Part shown: positions 39,605 through 48,945 of the stretch, piece by piece
Layout: each line of letters starts with the position of its first letter
How positions within the stretch are numbered: the stretch's first letter is position 1
Assembly (NCBI GenBank): GCA_947581815.1
Contig: CANPVX010000002.1
Span: 381-64,380 of the forward strand
Direction of reading: 5' to 3'
DNA: 64,000 bases
Source: Candidatus Indicimonas acetifermentans
GTDB taxonomy: Bacteria; Gemmatimonadota; Gemmatimonadetes; Palauibacterales; KS3-K002
Program-made: the position numbers and the translations under genes
Notes under the pieces: model-generated
The model's database searches: none
Told to the model about the DNA's origin: nothing
The model's input: only the letters and a program-made list of their open reading frames with translations

Positions 39605-41893
39605 GTGAGACCAGCCTTTTCGGATGGCCCTGAGCGGCATGGCTTCCGACGCGACCACGTCCATCTGGCCGACTACTGGCACGTCGTCCGGCGCCGATGG
39701 TGGTTGATCCTGCTCACCACAGCCGTCGCCATCGCGGGTGCATTGTGGGCGGCCTCTCGGAGTCCGCGGCTCTACCAGGCGTACCTTACGCTCCAGGTAG
39801 GTGACCCGCGGGGACGAACGGGTCAGATCGGCGACCTCGACGTATCCGCCAATCTTCTGTGGACCGATCCGGTCGAGTCTGAGCTCCAACAGCTGACGAC
39901 GCAGGCCGTAGCGAGTTACGTCGTCGATTCACTGCAGCTTCGTGCCGTCACTCCGGGCGCCGATCGCGATTGGCTTCTGCAGTCCATCTACGTTGGCCGG
40001 TCGGCACCGCCTGGCGAATATCAGGTTGTCGTTGGCGCAGCGGGATCGGTGTCGATCGAAAGACCCAGCTCCGGCAGGCTAGCTGAGGGGGAGCGAGGCG
40101 CGCTCATCGAGTTCGGGGATGTGGCGGTTACTGTGCAGGAATCAGTCCCGCCAGGTTCCTACAGCCTCCACATCGTGTCACAGAGGACGGCCGAGGCCCG
40201 CGTCAGGGGCGGTCTCGCGGCGACCACGCGTCCCGAGACCAACCTGATCGACGTCACGTACACGGGCACGGATCGGGCCTTGGCGGTCCAGATCCTGAAC
40301 GGCGCCGCTGATGCTTTGAGGGCTCTCGGGGTGCGTCGTCTGCGAGAGTGGGCGCACGCACGCACACTCTTCATCCAGGAACAGCAGGCCGAGTCTAGGG
40401 CAAGTCTCCAACGCGCGCTCGAGGCAGTCGAGGACTACAAGGAGCGGAGGGGAGTGACGAGCCTCTCTGCCGAAGAAGCTCGGTTGCTGACACGGCTCGG
40501 ATCTTTGCAATCGCAGCTAGAAGAGCTCGTCATCGATAGAAGCATATACAATAGCCTGATCAACAAGATCGGTTCCGCCAATCGACCCGAAGACATACAA
40601 CAGTTCGCCGTCTTGACCACGAGAGCGAACCGAGCCGTTCAATTCTACTTCGACGCGCTGCTCCAACTGCTGGCGGACCGTACCATGCAGCTGGGGCCGC
40701 CAGGCAAGGATCCGGCTCACCCGGATATCATCAGGCTCGATCGCCGCATCGTAGAGACGCAAGAACGCCTGATAGCCGCCACCGACCAGGCGGCGACGGC
40801 GCTCGAAGCGCGCATCACCGCCGTCACGGAATCGCTCGAAGGGCTGCAGCTCCAGCTCAACGATCTTCCGGCTGTCGAGACCGATCTCGCGAGCCTGCAG
40901 AACCAGGTCGAGATCAACACCGACATGTACAAGTATCTGCTCAGCAGGCAGCAGGAGTCGCGGATCGCCGAGGCAGAGATCTCGCCCTACGTCGAGGTCG
41001 TCGACCCGGCCACGTGGGCGCGACCCGTGAGCGGTGGTCAGGCGATGAACGCCCCTCTTGGAGCGCTAATCGGCCTGCTCCTCGGCGTCGGCGCCGTCTT
41101 CTTCCTCGAGTACCTCGATCGGTCGATCCAATCCTCGACTGATGTAGAGAGCGCTCTCGGACTGCCCGTGCTCGGGGTAATCCCCGAATTCGATCAGGAT
41201 CCGGAGGGGCGCCCGATTCCTCTCGTGGCGGAGCAGGACCCCGACGGTCTGGCGTCCGAAGCTTACCGCGTGCTGCGCACCAATCTCGCCTTCTCGACCA
41301 GTCGCGAGAAACCGCTCTCGACCCTGCTGTTCACGAGCCCCGGACCCGGCGAAGGGAAATCGACGACCGTCGCCAACCTTGCCACGGTACTGGCGGCGCT
41401 CGGCGATCGAACCTTAATAGTCGATGCAGATCTGCGCCGAGGCGCGCTACATGAAATCTTCGACTTGCTGGATTCTCCCGGCCTCAGCGACCTGCTGGTC
41501 GGCGGCATCGATGCCCGGGAGGCGATCCGGCCCGAAGTGAGGCCGAACCTGGATGTGCTTCCCTCCGGGCAGAGGCCGCCGAATCCATCGGAGCTCCTCG
41601 GCTCTGGGGCGATGAGCGATATGATCGCCAGCTGGCGGGGGCAATACCGCTGGATCCTCCTCGACGCACCCCCGGTGCTGGCCGTCACCGATCCCGCCGT
41701 GCTGGCGACGAAGACAGATGCAACCGTTGTCGTGGTCAGGGCGGGCGAAACAGATCGGCGAGCGGCGTGGCGGGCGTTCGAGCAGTTGAGGCGCATCGAC
41801 GTGCGGGTCGCGGGCGCCGTGCTCAATGAGCTGAAGCGCAAGGGTATACCCGACACATACTACATGGATTACTACTACGGCCGCGCCGGCTGA
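39605..41893 (+). CDS. polysaccharide co-polymerase / BY-kinase (Wzc-, GumC-, EpsAB-like tyrosine autokinase)
   Basis: 762 aa. N-terminal Wzz-type TM helix, a coiled-coil periplasmic region, a second TM helix, then a cytoplasmic kinase. The kinase has Walker A SPGPGEGKST, Walker A' LIVDADLRRG, Walker B ILLDAPP and a C-terminal tyrosine cluster YYMDYYYGRAG. Confidence 0.88.
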   Translation: MRPAFSDGPERHGFRRDHVHLADYWHVVRRRWWLILLTTAVAIAGALWAASRSPRLYQAYLTLQVGDPRGRTGQIGDLDVSANLLWTDPVESELQQLTTQAVASYVVDSLQLRAVTPGADRDWLLQSIYVGRSAPPGEYQVVVGAAGSVSIERPSSGRLAEGERGALIEFGDVAVTVQESVPPGSYSLHIVSQRTAEARVRGGLAATTRPETNLIDVTYTGTDRALAVQILNGAADALRALGVRRLREWAHARTLFIQEQQAESRASLQRALEAVEDYKERRGVTSLSAEEARLLTRLGSLQSQLEELVIDRSIYNSLINKIGSANRPEDIQQFAVLTTRANRAVQFYFDALLQLLADRTMQLGPPGKDPAHPDIIRLDRRIVETQERLIAATDQAATALEARITAVTESLEGLQLQLNDLPAVETDLASLQNQVEINTDMYKYLLSRQQESRIAEAEISPYVEVVDPATWARPVSGGQAMNAPLGALIGLLLGVGAVFFLEYLDRSIQSSTDVESALGLPVLGVIPEFDQDPEGRPIPLVAEQDPDGLASEAYRVLRTNLAFSTSREKPLSTLLFTSPGPGEGKSTTVANLATVLAALGDRTLIVDADLRRGALHEIFDLLDSPGLSDLLVGGIDAREAIRPEVRPNLDVLPSGQRPPNPSELLGSGAMSDMIASWRGQYRWILLDAPPVLAVTDPAVLATKTDATVVVVRAGETDRRAAWRAFEQLRRIDVRVAGAVLNELKRKGIPDTYYMDYYYGRAG

Positions 41894-41895
41894 CG

Positions 41896-42525
41896 TCAAT
41901 CCGTACCAGCAGACCCCAGGGAACGCCCCCCCCCCCTCCCGGCCAGATCAGAGTCAAGGATCGCCGGCAGGCTGAGAAACCGCTCTTCGGTATCGGCGAC
42001 AGCGACTCGCAGGCGCACCAGGCGTCGCAGCCAGGCAACCGCAGTCGAGCGCTGAAGCCCTCGGTTGAAAGCGAATTCGTCTACCAGGGCCTGACCCAGC
42101 CGATCAAGATCATCCCACGCGCGGCGCAGACGAACCGGCGCCGGCCCCCATAGAGCAGTCCGCTCGTGCTCCAGCGCCACCAGGAGGATACGGTGGTGGT
42201 TCAAGACGGCTTCGATCGGGCCGCGATGCGCTTCCGAGACGCCCTTCGCCATAAAGTAGGCTTGAGCCGGGCGACTCGGGCTACCATAGGTCAGGAGAAG
42301 CTTTGCGATCACTTCGTCCGCGCAGCTGTAGTCGATGACTCCGACCTTCGAGAAATCTAGAATCGAAAGACTGGCGCCGCGCGCTTCCCTAATCTGCCTC
42401 TCGATGGCGACCCGCACCGCGCGTCCGGTCGGGCGAGTCACCAGATTGCTGAAAAGCGTGGCCACGGACGTGTGCAGGACCGCGTCGACCCCTCTGGCCG
42501 AGCCTCGTTTCGCCGGATCGGTCAT
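41896..42525 (-). CDS. STAS-like domain protein of the DUF4325 type
   Basis: 209 aa. LSILDFSKVGVIDYSCADEVIAKLL fits the LDFxGV...SSFxDE pattern of STAS-like proteins that pair with GHKL ATPases. The assignment is by motif recall, not by search. Confidence 0.5.
   Translation of the reverse strand: MTDPAKRGSARGVDAVLHTSVATLFSNLVTRPTGRAVRVAIERQIREARGASLSILDFSKVGVIDYSCADEVIAKLLLTYGSPSRPAQAYFMAKGVSEAHRGPIEAVLNHHRILLVALEHERTALWGPAPVRLRRAWDDLDRLGQALVDEFAFNRGLQRSTAVAWLRRLVRLRVAVADTEERFLSLPAILDSDLAGRGGGRSLGSAGTD
41926..41936. repeat. C11 (G11 on the minus strand) homopolymer at the 3' end of the DUF4325-like gene, 33 nt past the BY-kinase stop
   Basis: Read directly: gaacg ccccccccccc tccc. It encodes the GRGGGRS tail of the minus-strand gene. 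Confidence 0.9.
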
Positions 42526-42537
42526 CTGCCCCTCTCG

Positions 42538-43464
42538 CTATCGCTCTCGTGGCTCGCCGGTTGGTGGGGAGTACTTCGGCAAGACGATCTGGATTTGAGC
42601 CCCCGGGAAGTCCGGCAACCTGCTTATCACCTGCTCGGTGTCGTCCCAGTCTGGGACAACGGCTATTTGAGCGGTTCCGCTGCGAATCGTGACGATGCCA
42701 TTCCAGCGGGTGACTTGTTTCCTGATGCCTTTTAGGCCCTGCCCGCGGCCCGGATCGCGATAGCGAGACACGCCTGAGAAAAACGCCGCTTCCAGAGCCG
42801 TCACATCCGACCACCTATCTCCATAACGTTGGGCGTGCTCGCGCGCGAGCGAACCGCGAAAGCCCATCCCCACATCCATGACCGCTATGACGACGACCTC
42901 GCGGCCGATCTTCGGGCTCCATTTGTAAGCTTGCGCCGCCACCCAACCCTCGGCCCCCGCGTGCTCAACTATGTTCTGACACACCTCAGACAGAATAACG
43001 CTGAAATGGAGCACACCCGGAGGTGGGTAACCGAGCCGCTTGCCCAAAATCAGCGCAGCACGCTCGCGGACGCTGTCGACCACGGCGTGGACATCCTGGT
43101 GAGATCGGATCGGAGTGATCTCCAGCAAAGCCTCCGATACTCTCTGACGCGGCTTCCTGACCTTGGCCCCCATTTCATAGATGTCTTGAGCGAGCTCGAA
43201 AAAGCGGATGCGAGTCAGATAGCTGGCGACTTCTCGACTGTCCGGGAGTTCCAGCCACGGACGCTCCCCGCTCAGCTTTCGCGAAGCCGTCCCCAAAGCC
43301 AGCAACCCCAGAACGCCGTACGGGCTGACCCAGCCAACACGTCGCGCGTCGATCAAGAGCTTGCTCTTCTGGGCAGCTGACCACTCGGACACCAGCGCTT
43401 CGAACCCATCGTGATTCAGCGTCTCGGGAACGACGAGGACTTCGGTCACGGGGAAACCTCGCAC
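42538..43464 (-). CDS. fused STAS-like / GHKL (HATPase_c, RsbW/SpoIIAB-like) ATP-binding protein
   Basis: N-terminal half LLIDARRVGWVSPYGVLGLLAL is STAS-like. C-terminal half ILSEVCQNIVEHAG (N-box), VMDVGMGF (G1) and GRGQGLKGI (G2) is a Bergerat ATP-binding fold. Confidence 0.6.
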   Translation of the reverse strand: MRGFPVTEVLVVPETLNHDGFEALVSEWSAAQKSKLLIDARRVGWVSPYGVLGLLALGTASRKLSGERPWLELPDSREVASYLTRIRFFELAQDIYEMGAKVRKPRQRVSEALLEITPIRSHQDVHAVVDSVRERAALILGKRLGYPPPGVLHFSVILSEVCQNIVEHAGAEGWVAAQAYKWSPKIGREVVVIAVMDVGMGFRGSLAREHAQRYGDRWSDVTALEAAFFSGVSRYRDPGRGQGLKGIRKQVTRWNGIVTIRSGTAQIAVVPDWDDTEQVISRLPDFPGAQIQIVLPKYSPPTGEPRER

Positions 43465-43476
43465 CCCCGTGGTAGA

Positions 43477-44463
43477 TCAGGCACGCCCGAGCCTCCCTTT
43501 CAAGAAACCATTGAGGCCGGTCGCCCCCAGGTGAGCTACGTTGCGACTCGCCGCCTCGTTAGCCGCCCGAACGACCTCCTCTACGCCGCACCCTTCAAGA
43601 AGCTTGCAGAACGCCGTCATGCCCCATACATCGCCGCACCCCGTCGGGTCGCCGCCCTGAACCGGCTCGCCGCCGAAGTGGCCCGTGCGCACGGGCTCGG
43701 CTCGATCGATCAGACCGCGCCCCCCGCGCCCCCCGCGCCCCCCGTCGGCTCTGAGAGGCAATGCATCAGGGGTCGCTACGTAGGCCGCGCCACGCGTTCC
43801 GAGCGTGACGAACAGCAGGCGCGTGTCGCGCCCGACTATATCCGCCGCAAACGCCCACGGGTCACCCCAGTGAGCGCTCAAAGTCGTGAGTTCGTCTTCG
43901 TTCAGCTGCACAGCGTCGAAGCAAGTCAACCACTCCGCCCAGTGATCCAGCGGTCGCGAGTGTCGTTCTCCGCCCGGCCCCGTCGCCAGCAGTAGAGAAT
44001 GGATGTCAGCGTATATCGCGCCCTCGAAGTTTCGGCGCAGCAGCGTGGCCAAACCCAAGTCCAGCTCGTTACCGGTGATGAAGTTCACGTACAACGCGTC
44101 ACACCCTCTCACCCGCGGCTCGAGCTCCGCCCAGGACCATTCCGACAGATGCCCGCTGATGCGCTCGCAGCGTCGCTCGTTCGACCGGTAGCTCAACTCG
44201 ACGCGCGTATTCGGGGCATCGACAACCGATATCGCCGCATCCGACTCGATCACCGACAGCGCTCGGATGAACCGCAAACCGCTCTCCGCCAGATCACGAC
44301 CCAGCTTGATGATCGGGCGGACACCATAACCGGGTGGGCAGGCCGCATCAGCGGCAGCGAGCGCGTATGAGATGCCGCCCCACTCTTCTATCGGCGACAT
44401 CGTGTCGGAATCACGCCAGATCGTGTCCCACACCATCGTCCCGATAACTCCGAGCACACTCAT
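43477..44463 (-). CDS. PfkB/ribokinase-family sugar kinase with an internal GGR-repeat insertion
   Basis: WGGISYALAAA (GG motif) near the N-terminus and GGDPTGCGDVWGMTAF (DTxGAGD-type) near the C-terminus. It contains the 9-bp x3 tandem repeat. Confidence 0.78.
   Translation of the reverse strand: MSVLGVIGTMVWDTIWRDSDTMSPIEEWGGISYALAAADAACPPGYGVRPIIKLGRDLAESGLRFIRALSVIESDAAISVVDAPNTRVELSYRSNERRCERISGHLSEWSWAELEPRVRGCDALYVNFITGNELDLGLATLLRRNFEGAIYADIHSLLLATGPGGERHSRPLDHWAEWLTCFDAVQLNEDELTTLSAHWGDPWAFAADIVGRDTRLLFVTLGTRGAAYVATPDALPLRADGGRGGRGGRGLIDRAEPVRTGHFGGEPVQGGDPTGCGDVWGMTAFCKLLEGCGVEEVVRAANEAASRNVAHLGATGLNGFLKGRLGRA
43725..43754. repeat. perfect 9-bp tandem repeat (ccgcgcccc) x3 plus a partial copy, in frame inside the PfkB CDS
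   Basis: Read directly: ccgcgcccc ccgcgcccc ccgcgcccc ccg. On the coding (minus) strand it encodes GGR-GGR-GGR. Confidence 0.9.
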
Positions 44464-44637
44464 CGCCTGGGCCAGCTAGTTACATCCTCCCGCCATCGCG
44501 GCAAGTGAGCATACGTCGACCCCTGCAGCAGTTCTGCAACCGATAAGAAGAAAGTGAGAGGAGCGGTAGGTACTCTTCCACAAGCTAACGCAAACACCGC
44601 CAGGCCGCGACCCCATCCGTATTTCAAATCGTTAGAC

Positions 44638-45636
44638 TCAAACCTCTCCGTAGGTCTCTTTCTTGAAGCAGGCCGCGGCCCCGATCACACCCGCCGTGGT
44701 CCGTAGCTGAGCGGGAACGATGCGACACGCTTCCTCCGCAACCTTAAAGGCGCGCAGCCGAACCTCGGCTCGCAACGGGACCATCAGATGCTCCCCGGCC
44801 TTGGTGACACCGCCGGCGATCACAACCATCTCGGGATTGAGAAGATTGATGACGTTGGCGACCCCTGTCCCCAGAAACTTAGCGGTATCGCTGACGACCT
44901 CCGACGCGTAGCGGTCACCGGTGACCACCGCCTCGAATACCGTTTCCGCCGTGATGTCCTCTAGATTGGGGGCCATCTGCGTCAGAATCGACTCGGCGCC
45001 CGCTTCCAGCCCTTCTATCGCCCTGAGCGCGATCGCCGGGCCCGACGCGTAGGCTTCCAAGCAGCCATAGTTACCGCACTTGCACTTGCGGCCGGTCGAG
45101 TTGATGGTCATGTGACCGATCTCCGCGGCCGCATCGGACGCTCCGTGATAGATCTCGCCGTTCAGCACGACTCCGCCTCCGATCCCCGTACCGAGCGTGA
45201 CGCCGACAAGGTTGTTCACGCTCCGGCCCGCACCCAGCCACCACTCGCCGTACGTCGCCGCGTTCGCGTCGTTCTCGAGCGTAGCCGGTAAGCCGACCGC
45301 GTTCTGTATGAGGTCGCGCAGCGGGAAATTCCGCCATCCCAGGTTGGGCGTGCTGATCACCGTGCCCGTTTTGCGATCGAGGGGCCCCGGCGATCCGATC
45401 CCTACGCCGGCGAAGGCATCCAACGGGTGACCCTCCCCTTTCATCACCTCCTGGATGGACTCTTTTATCATCTTGACGACCCGGTCTACGACGAACTTCG
45501 CCCCGCGTTGCGACTCGGTGCGCTTCGTGCGGAACGCGAGCGGCGAGCCCCCTTCGGATGGCACGATACCGACATTGATCGTCGTGCCGCCGATATCGAC
45601 GCCTACGATCCAGCGCGAGGTTTCAGAACTCGACAT
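44638..45636 (-). CDS. ROK-family glucokinase
   Basis: IVGVDIGGTTINVG, plus ROK zinc motif CKCGNYGCLEAYASG. Start chosen at the MSSSET Met; the ORF opens at 45672. Confidence 0.85.
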   Translation of the reverse strand: MSSSETSRWIVGVDIGGTTINVGIVPSEGGSPLAFRTKRTESQRGAKFVVDRVVKMIKESIQEVMKGEGHPLDAFAGVGIGSPGPLDRKTGTVISTPNLGWRNFPLRDLIQNAVGLPATLENDANAATYGEWWLGAGRSVNNLVGVTLGTGIGGGVVLNGEIYHGASDAAAEIGHMTINSTGRKCKCGNYGCLEAYASGPAIALRAIEGLEAGAESILTQMAPNLEDITAETVFEAVVTGDRYASEVVSDTAKFLGTGVANVINLLNPEMVVIAGGVTKAGEHLMVPLRAEVRLRAFKVAEEACRIVPAQLRTTAGVIGAAACFKKETYGEV

Positions 45637-45723
45637 AAGCCCAACTCTCCGTGGACCAAGTCCCAACGGCAATACGCGGCCAGCGCGGCGCCTCCGCCGT
45701 AGAGAGCGCTCGCTCGACCTCTC

Positions 45724-47526
45724 TCACTCCCCGCCCAACTGAAGGATCGCGAGGAAAGCCTCCCGCGGCACATCGACGGCGCCTACGCGCTTCATGCGCT
45801 TCTTACCAGCTTTCTGTTTTTCCAACAACTTACGCTTCCGGGTAACATCACCTCCGTAGCACTTGGCGGTTACATCCTTACGCACCGGGCGAATGGTTTC
45901 GCGCGCGATTATTCGGCTGCCGACCCCAGCCTGTAGGGCGACCGCGAACTGCTGCCTGGGTATCAGCTCTTTCAGCTTCTCCACCAGCGCCCGCCCGAGG
46001 AAGTACGCCTTGTCTTTGTGCACGATCATGCCCAGCGCGTCCACGGGATCACCGTTCAACTTGATATCCAGGCGCACCAACTCGCTCGTGCGATAACCGA
46101 TGAGATCGTAATCGAGGCTGCCGTGCCCGCGCGTCAGAGACTTCAGCCTCTCGTAAAAGTCGAGAACGATCTCCGCCAGAGGAAGCTCGTATACCAATTC
46201 AACGCGCTGCCCATCGATGAAGTGCATGTGATCAAACTCACCGCGCCGCTCGTGACACAGCCTTTGCACTCCGCCGATATAATCGGTCGGGCACAGTATC
46301 CGAACGCGAACAAACGGCTCCGCGATGCTTTCCACCTGGCCCGCCGGCGGCATCTGCGATGGGTTCTCCACGAGCACCTGCGAGCCATCGCGGCGCTGCA
46401 CCCGATACTCTACAGTCGGCACCGTACTGACGAGGTCGAGGTCGAACTCGCGCTCGAGCCGTTCCCTCGCAATCTCCATATGCAGAAGACCCAGGAAGCC
46501 ACAGCGGAAGCCGAAACCCAGAGCTTGGCTCGTCTCCGGCTCGTAGTGCACCGCCCCGTCGTTCAGCTTGAGCTTCTCCAGCGCGCCACGCAGTCGCTCG
46601 TACTGATCCGAATCGCTTGGATACAGGCCCGCGAAAACCATCGGCTTGGCCTCGCGGTACCCCTCAAGTAGCTCCGCAGCGCGCCTGTTTGCTTCCAGCA
46701 CCGTGTCGCCGACTCGAGTGTCCGCGATCGACTTGATCTGCGCCATCAGGTAGCCGACTTCACCCGCCGTCAAGCGCGGCGTCGGTACCGCCCCCAACCT
46801 CAGGAAGCCCACCTCGCGCACCTCATAGCGCGCGCCGTTCGAGCCGAAGGCAATTTCCATCGGCGGTCCCACACTGCCGTCCACGACCCGAATCAGTGGC
46901 ACCGCACCCTGGTATTTATCATGCTGCGAATCGAAGATCAGCGCCCGCAAGGGCGCATCTGGATCTCCACTTGGCGAAGGAATACGCTTGACTATTTCCT
47001 CCAACAGCTCCCGAACGCCCGTGCCATCCTTCGCGCTGATCAACGGCACGTCTCCCGGTTCGCAGCCGATCAGTTCCGCAACTTCCGTGCGGCGCCGCTC
47101 CGGTTCCGCCGCCGCCAGGTCGATCTTGTTGATCACAGGGATGACAGTGAGCTCTGCTTCCAGCGCAAGGAGCAGATTCGAGAGCGTCTGCGCTTCAACC
47201 CCCTGGCTCGCGTCCACAACCAGGACCGCCCCCTCGCACGCGGCTAAGCTACGGCTCACCTCGTACGTGAAGTCCACATGCCCCGGCGTGTCGATCAGGT
47301 TCAGCTCGTAGTCAACCCCATCCGCGCCCTCATAGTCCAAACGGATCGCGTGAGCTTTGATCGTTATGCCCCGTTCCCGCTCCAGCGCCATAGAGTCGAG
47401 AACTTGCTCCCTCATCCGCCGTGGCTCCACCGCGTCCGTCAGCTCGAGCAGACGGTCGGCCAGGGTCGATTTGCCGTGATCTATGTGGGCTATTATACAG
47501 AAATTGCGTATCTGCGCCGTTTCCAA
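45724..47526 (-). CDS. lepA: elongation factor 4
   Basis: 600 aa. [23 protein letters not shown]1 motif, LepA C-terminal domain. Confidence 0.97.
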   Translation of the reverse strand: METAQIRNFCIIAHIDHGKSTLADRLLELTDAVEPRRMREQVLDSMALERERGITIKAHAIRLDYEGADGVDYELNLIDTPGHVDFTYEVSRSLAACEGAVLVVDASQGVEAQTLSNLLLALEAELTVIPVINKIDLAAAEPERRRTEVAELIGCEPGDVPLISAKDGTGVRELLEEIVKRIPSPSGDPDAPLRALIFDSQHDKYQGAVPLIRVVDGSVGPPMEIAFGSNGARYEVREVGFLRLGAVPTPRLTAGEVGYLMAQIKSIADTRVGDTVLEANRRAAELLEGYREAKPMVFAGLYPSDSDQYERLRGALEKLKLNDGAVHYEPETSQALGFGFRCGFLGLLHMEIARERLEREFDLDLVSTVPTVEYRVQRRDGSQVLVENPSQMPPAGQVESIAEPFVRVRILCPTDYIGGVQRLCHERRGEFDHMHFIDGQRVELVYELPLAEIVLDFYERLKSLTRGHGSLDYDLIGYRTSELVRLDIKLNGDPVDALGMIVHKDKAYFLGRALVEKLKELIPRQQFAVALQAGVGSRIIARETIRPVRKDVTAKCYGGDVTRKRKLLEKQKAGKKRMKRVGAVDVPREAFLAILQLGGE

Positions 47527-47771
47527 TGCGACTATGTCCCCTCACGCTTGGCGTTTCATGATCTCACGTGAATATAGACACAGACCCTAGGTGGCGGGAG
47601 GCGGAGCCCGAAACTTTGGCCCCTGGGCGGTGTAGGCTACGCTAGCAAGCGACCAAATTGCCCCCCTCAGGGCGACTTCTAGGCAGTCGCCGCTACTCCC
47701 CAGATCAGCGGGCCCCGAGCTCGCCTTCCCGACCGAACGCTGTTTCCCGTTGTCCCCCGCCGAAAAGCGAA

Positions 47772-48932
47772 ATGGAGGTATGGGTGCTAGCCAATCAGGC
47801 GAAGGTCATTGTGCGCCTGCGTCGCGCCTGGGTCGTGTATCTGGGCCTGTTCTCGACTCTGCTCGGCGGCTGCGCAGTACCTGAGGCGCCGGAGTGGGAT
47901 GTGGGTCTCAGCCTACCTTTTTCATCCGATCCGATAGCGATATCCGATTTCCTACCGGCGGCTGTCTCCATCGACACTGTCCTTGGCGTGCCGGTATTCA
48001 CGGTCCAGCCGCAGTCGGATAGCAGAAGCTACGATCTGGCTCAGCTCTGTGGGGCGCCTTGCACGGCCCTGGACGGCCAGACCGCCGCTGTCCCCGGATT
48101 CAGCTTCAACGACTCGATCGACGTGGCGCTGGATTCTGATCTCGTTGCGGTCGACATCGTCTCGGCCCAGCTCCGTCTGACCTTGAACAACGGTCTGAAC
48201 TTCGACCCGCTGAGACCGGACCCTAACCCTGCCTTGGCTGGCTTCATCGTGTTTCTTACGCGCGATGCAGGCAGTGGAGCGTTACTCGACAGCACCATGG
48301 TGAGCGGGGCCTCCCAGAGCTTCCCGCCGAACTCCTCACTGCAAGTCGATCTGAATTTGAACAACGTGCAAGTGAAAGAGGGGCTCCGCACGGAAGTGAT
48401 CTTGACCTCTCCATTCGATGGACAGACAACTCTGATCAACACGGGACTGTCTGCGGGGTTCGCCGTCACCTTGGATCAGCTCTCGGTATCAGCGATCACA
48501 GTGGTCATCGACGGCGAACAGTTGGACGAGGTGTTCACCATCGATCTGGATGCGGATTTGCGTGACGAGTTCGACGAGCGTGCTCAGAGCGGAAGCTTCG
48601 AGCTCAAGCTCACACACGATCTCGAGATCAACGGCAACCTCGAGGTATCCATCGCCGGCTCGGAAGGGGACCTCTTCTCGGGCACCCCAGGGACTGAGAT
48701 ACGGCTGCAGAATTTCGACTTTTCGTATGCGCCGAATGGTAGAGTTGCGGTTCGGGCACTCAGCGAGGCCGACCTGCAGTTCATCGCGCAGCAGCAGGAA
48801 CTGTTCGTTGGGTTCGAAGGGGTCGCCAGCGGGAGCGTGATGGACGCCGGTCGCCCTACGTCTCGCATCCGGCCGGATCAGTCCATAGAAACGCGAATCA
48901 AAGTGACCACGCTGCTCAGAGTCGGCGGCTAG
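47772..48932 (+). CDS. hypothetical lipoprotein (about 386 aa)
   Basis: Signal peptide with lipobox LLGGC. Ser/Thr/Asp-rich beta-type sequence. The ORF is open from 47658; the start was chosen at MEVWVL. Confidence 0.5.
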   Translation: MEVWVLANQAKVIVRLRRAWVVYLGLFSTLLGGCAVPEAPEWDVGLSLPFSSDPIAISDFLPAAVSIDTVLGVPVFTVQPQSDSRSYDLAQLCGAPCTALDGQTAAVPGFSFNDSIDVALDSDLVAVDIVSAQLRLTLNNGLNFDPLRPDPNPALAGFIVFLTRDAGSGALLDSTMVSGASQSFPPNSSLQVDLNLNNVQVKEGLRTEVILTSPFDGQTTLINTGLSAGFAVTLDQLSVSAITVVIDGEQLDEVFTIDLDADLRDEFDERAQSGSFELKLTHDLEINGNLEVSIAGSEGDLFSGTPGTEIRLQNFDFSYAPNGRVAVRALSEADLQFIAQQQELFVGFEGVASGSVMDAGRPTSRIRPDQSIETRIKVTTLLRVGG

Positions 48933-48945
48933 AGGGGACTCGGAG

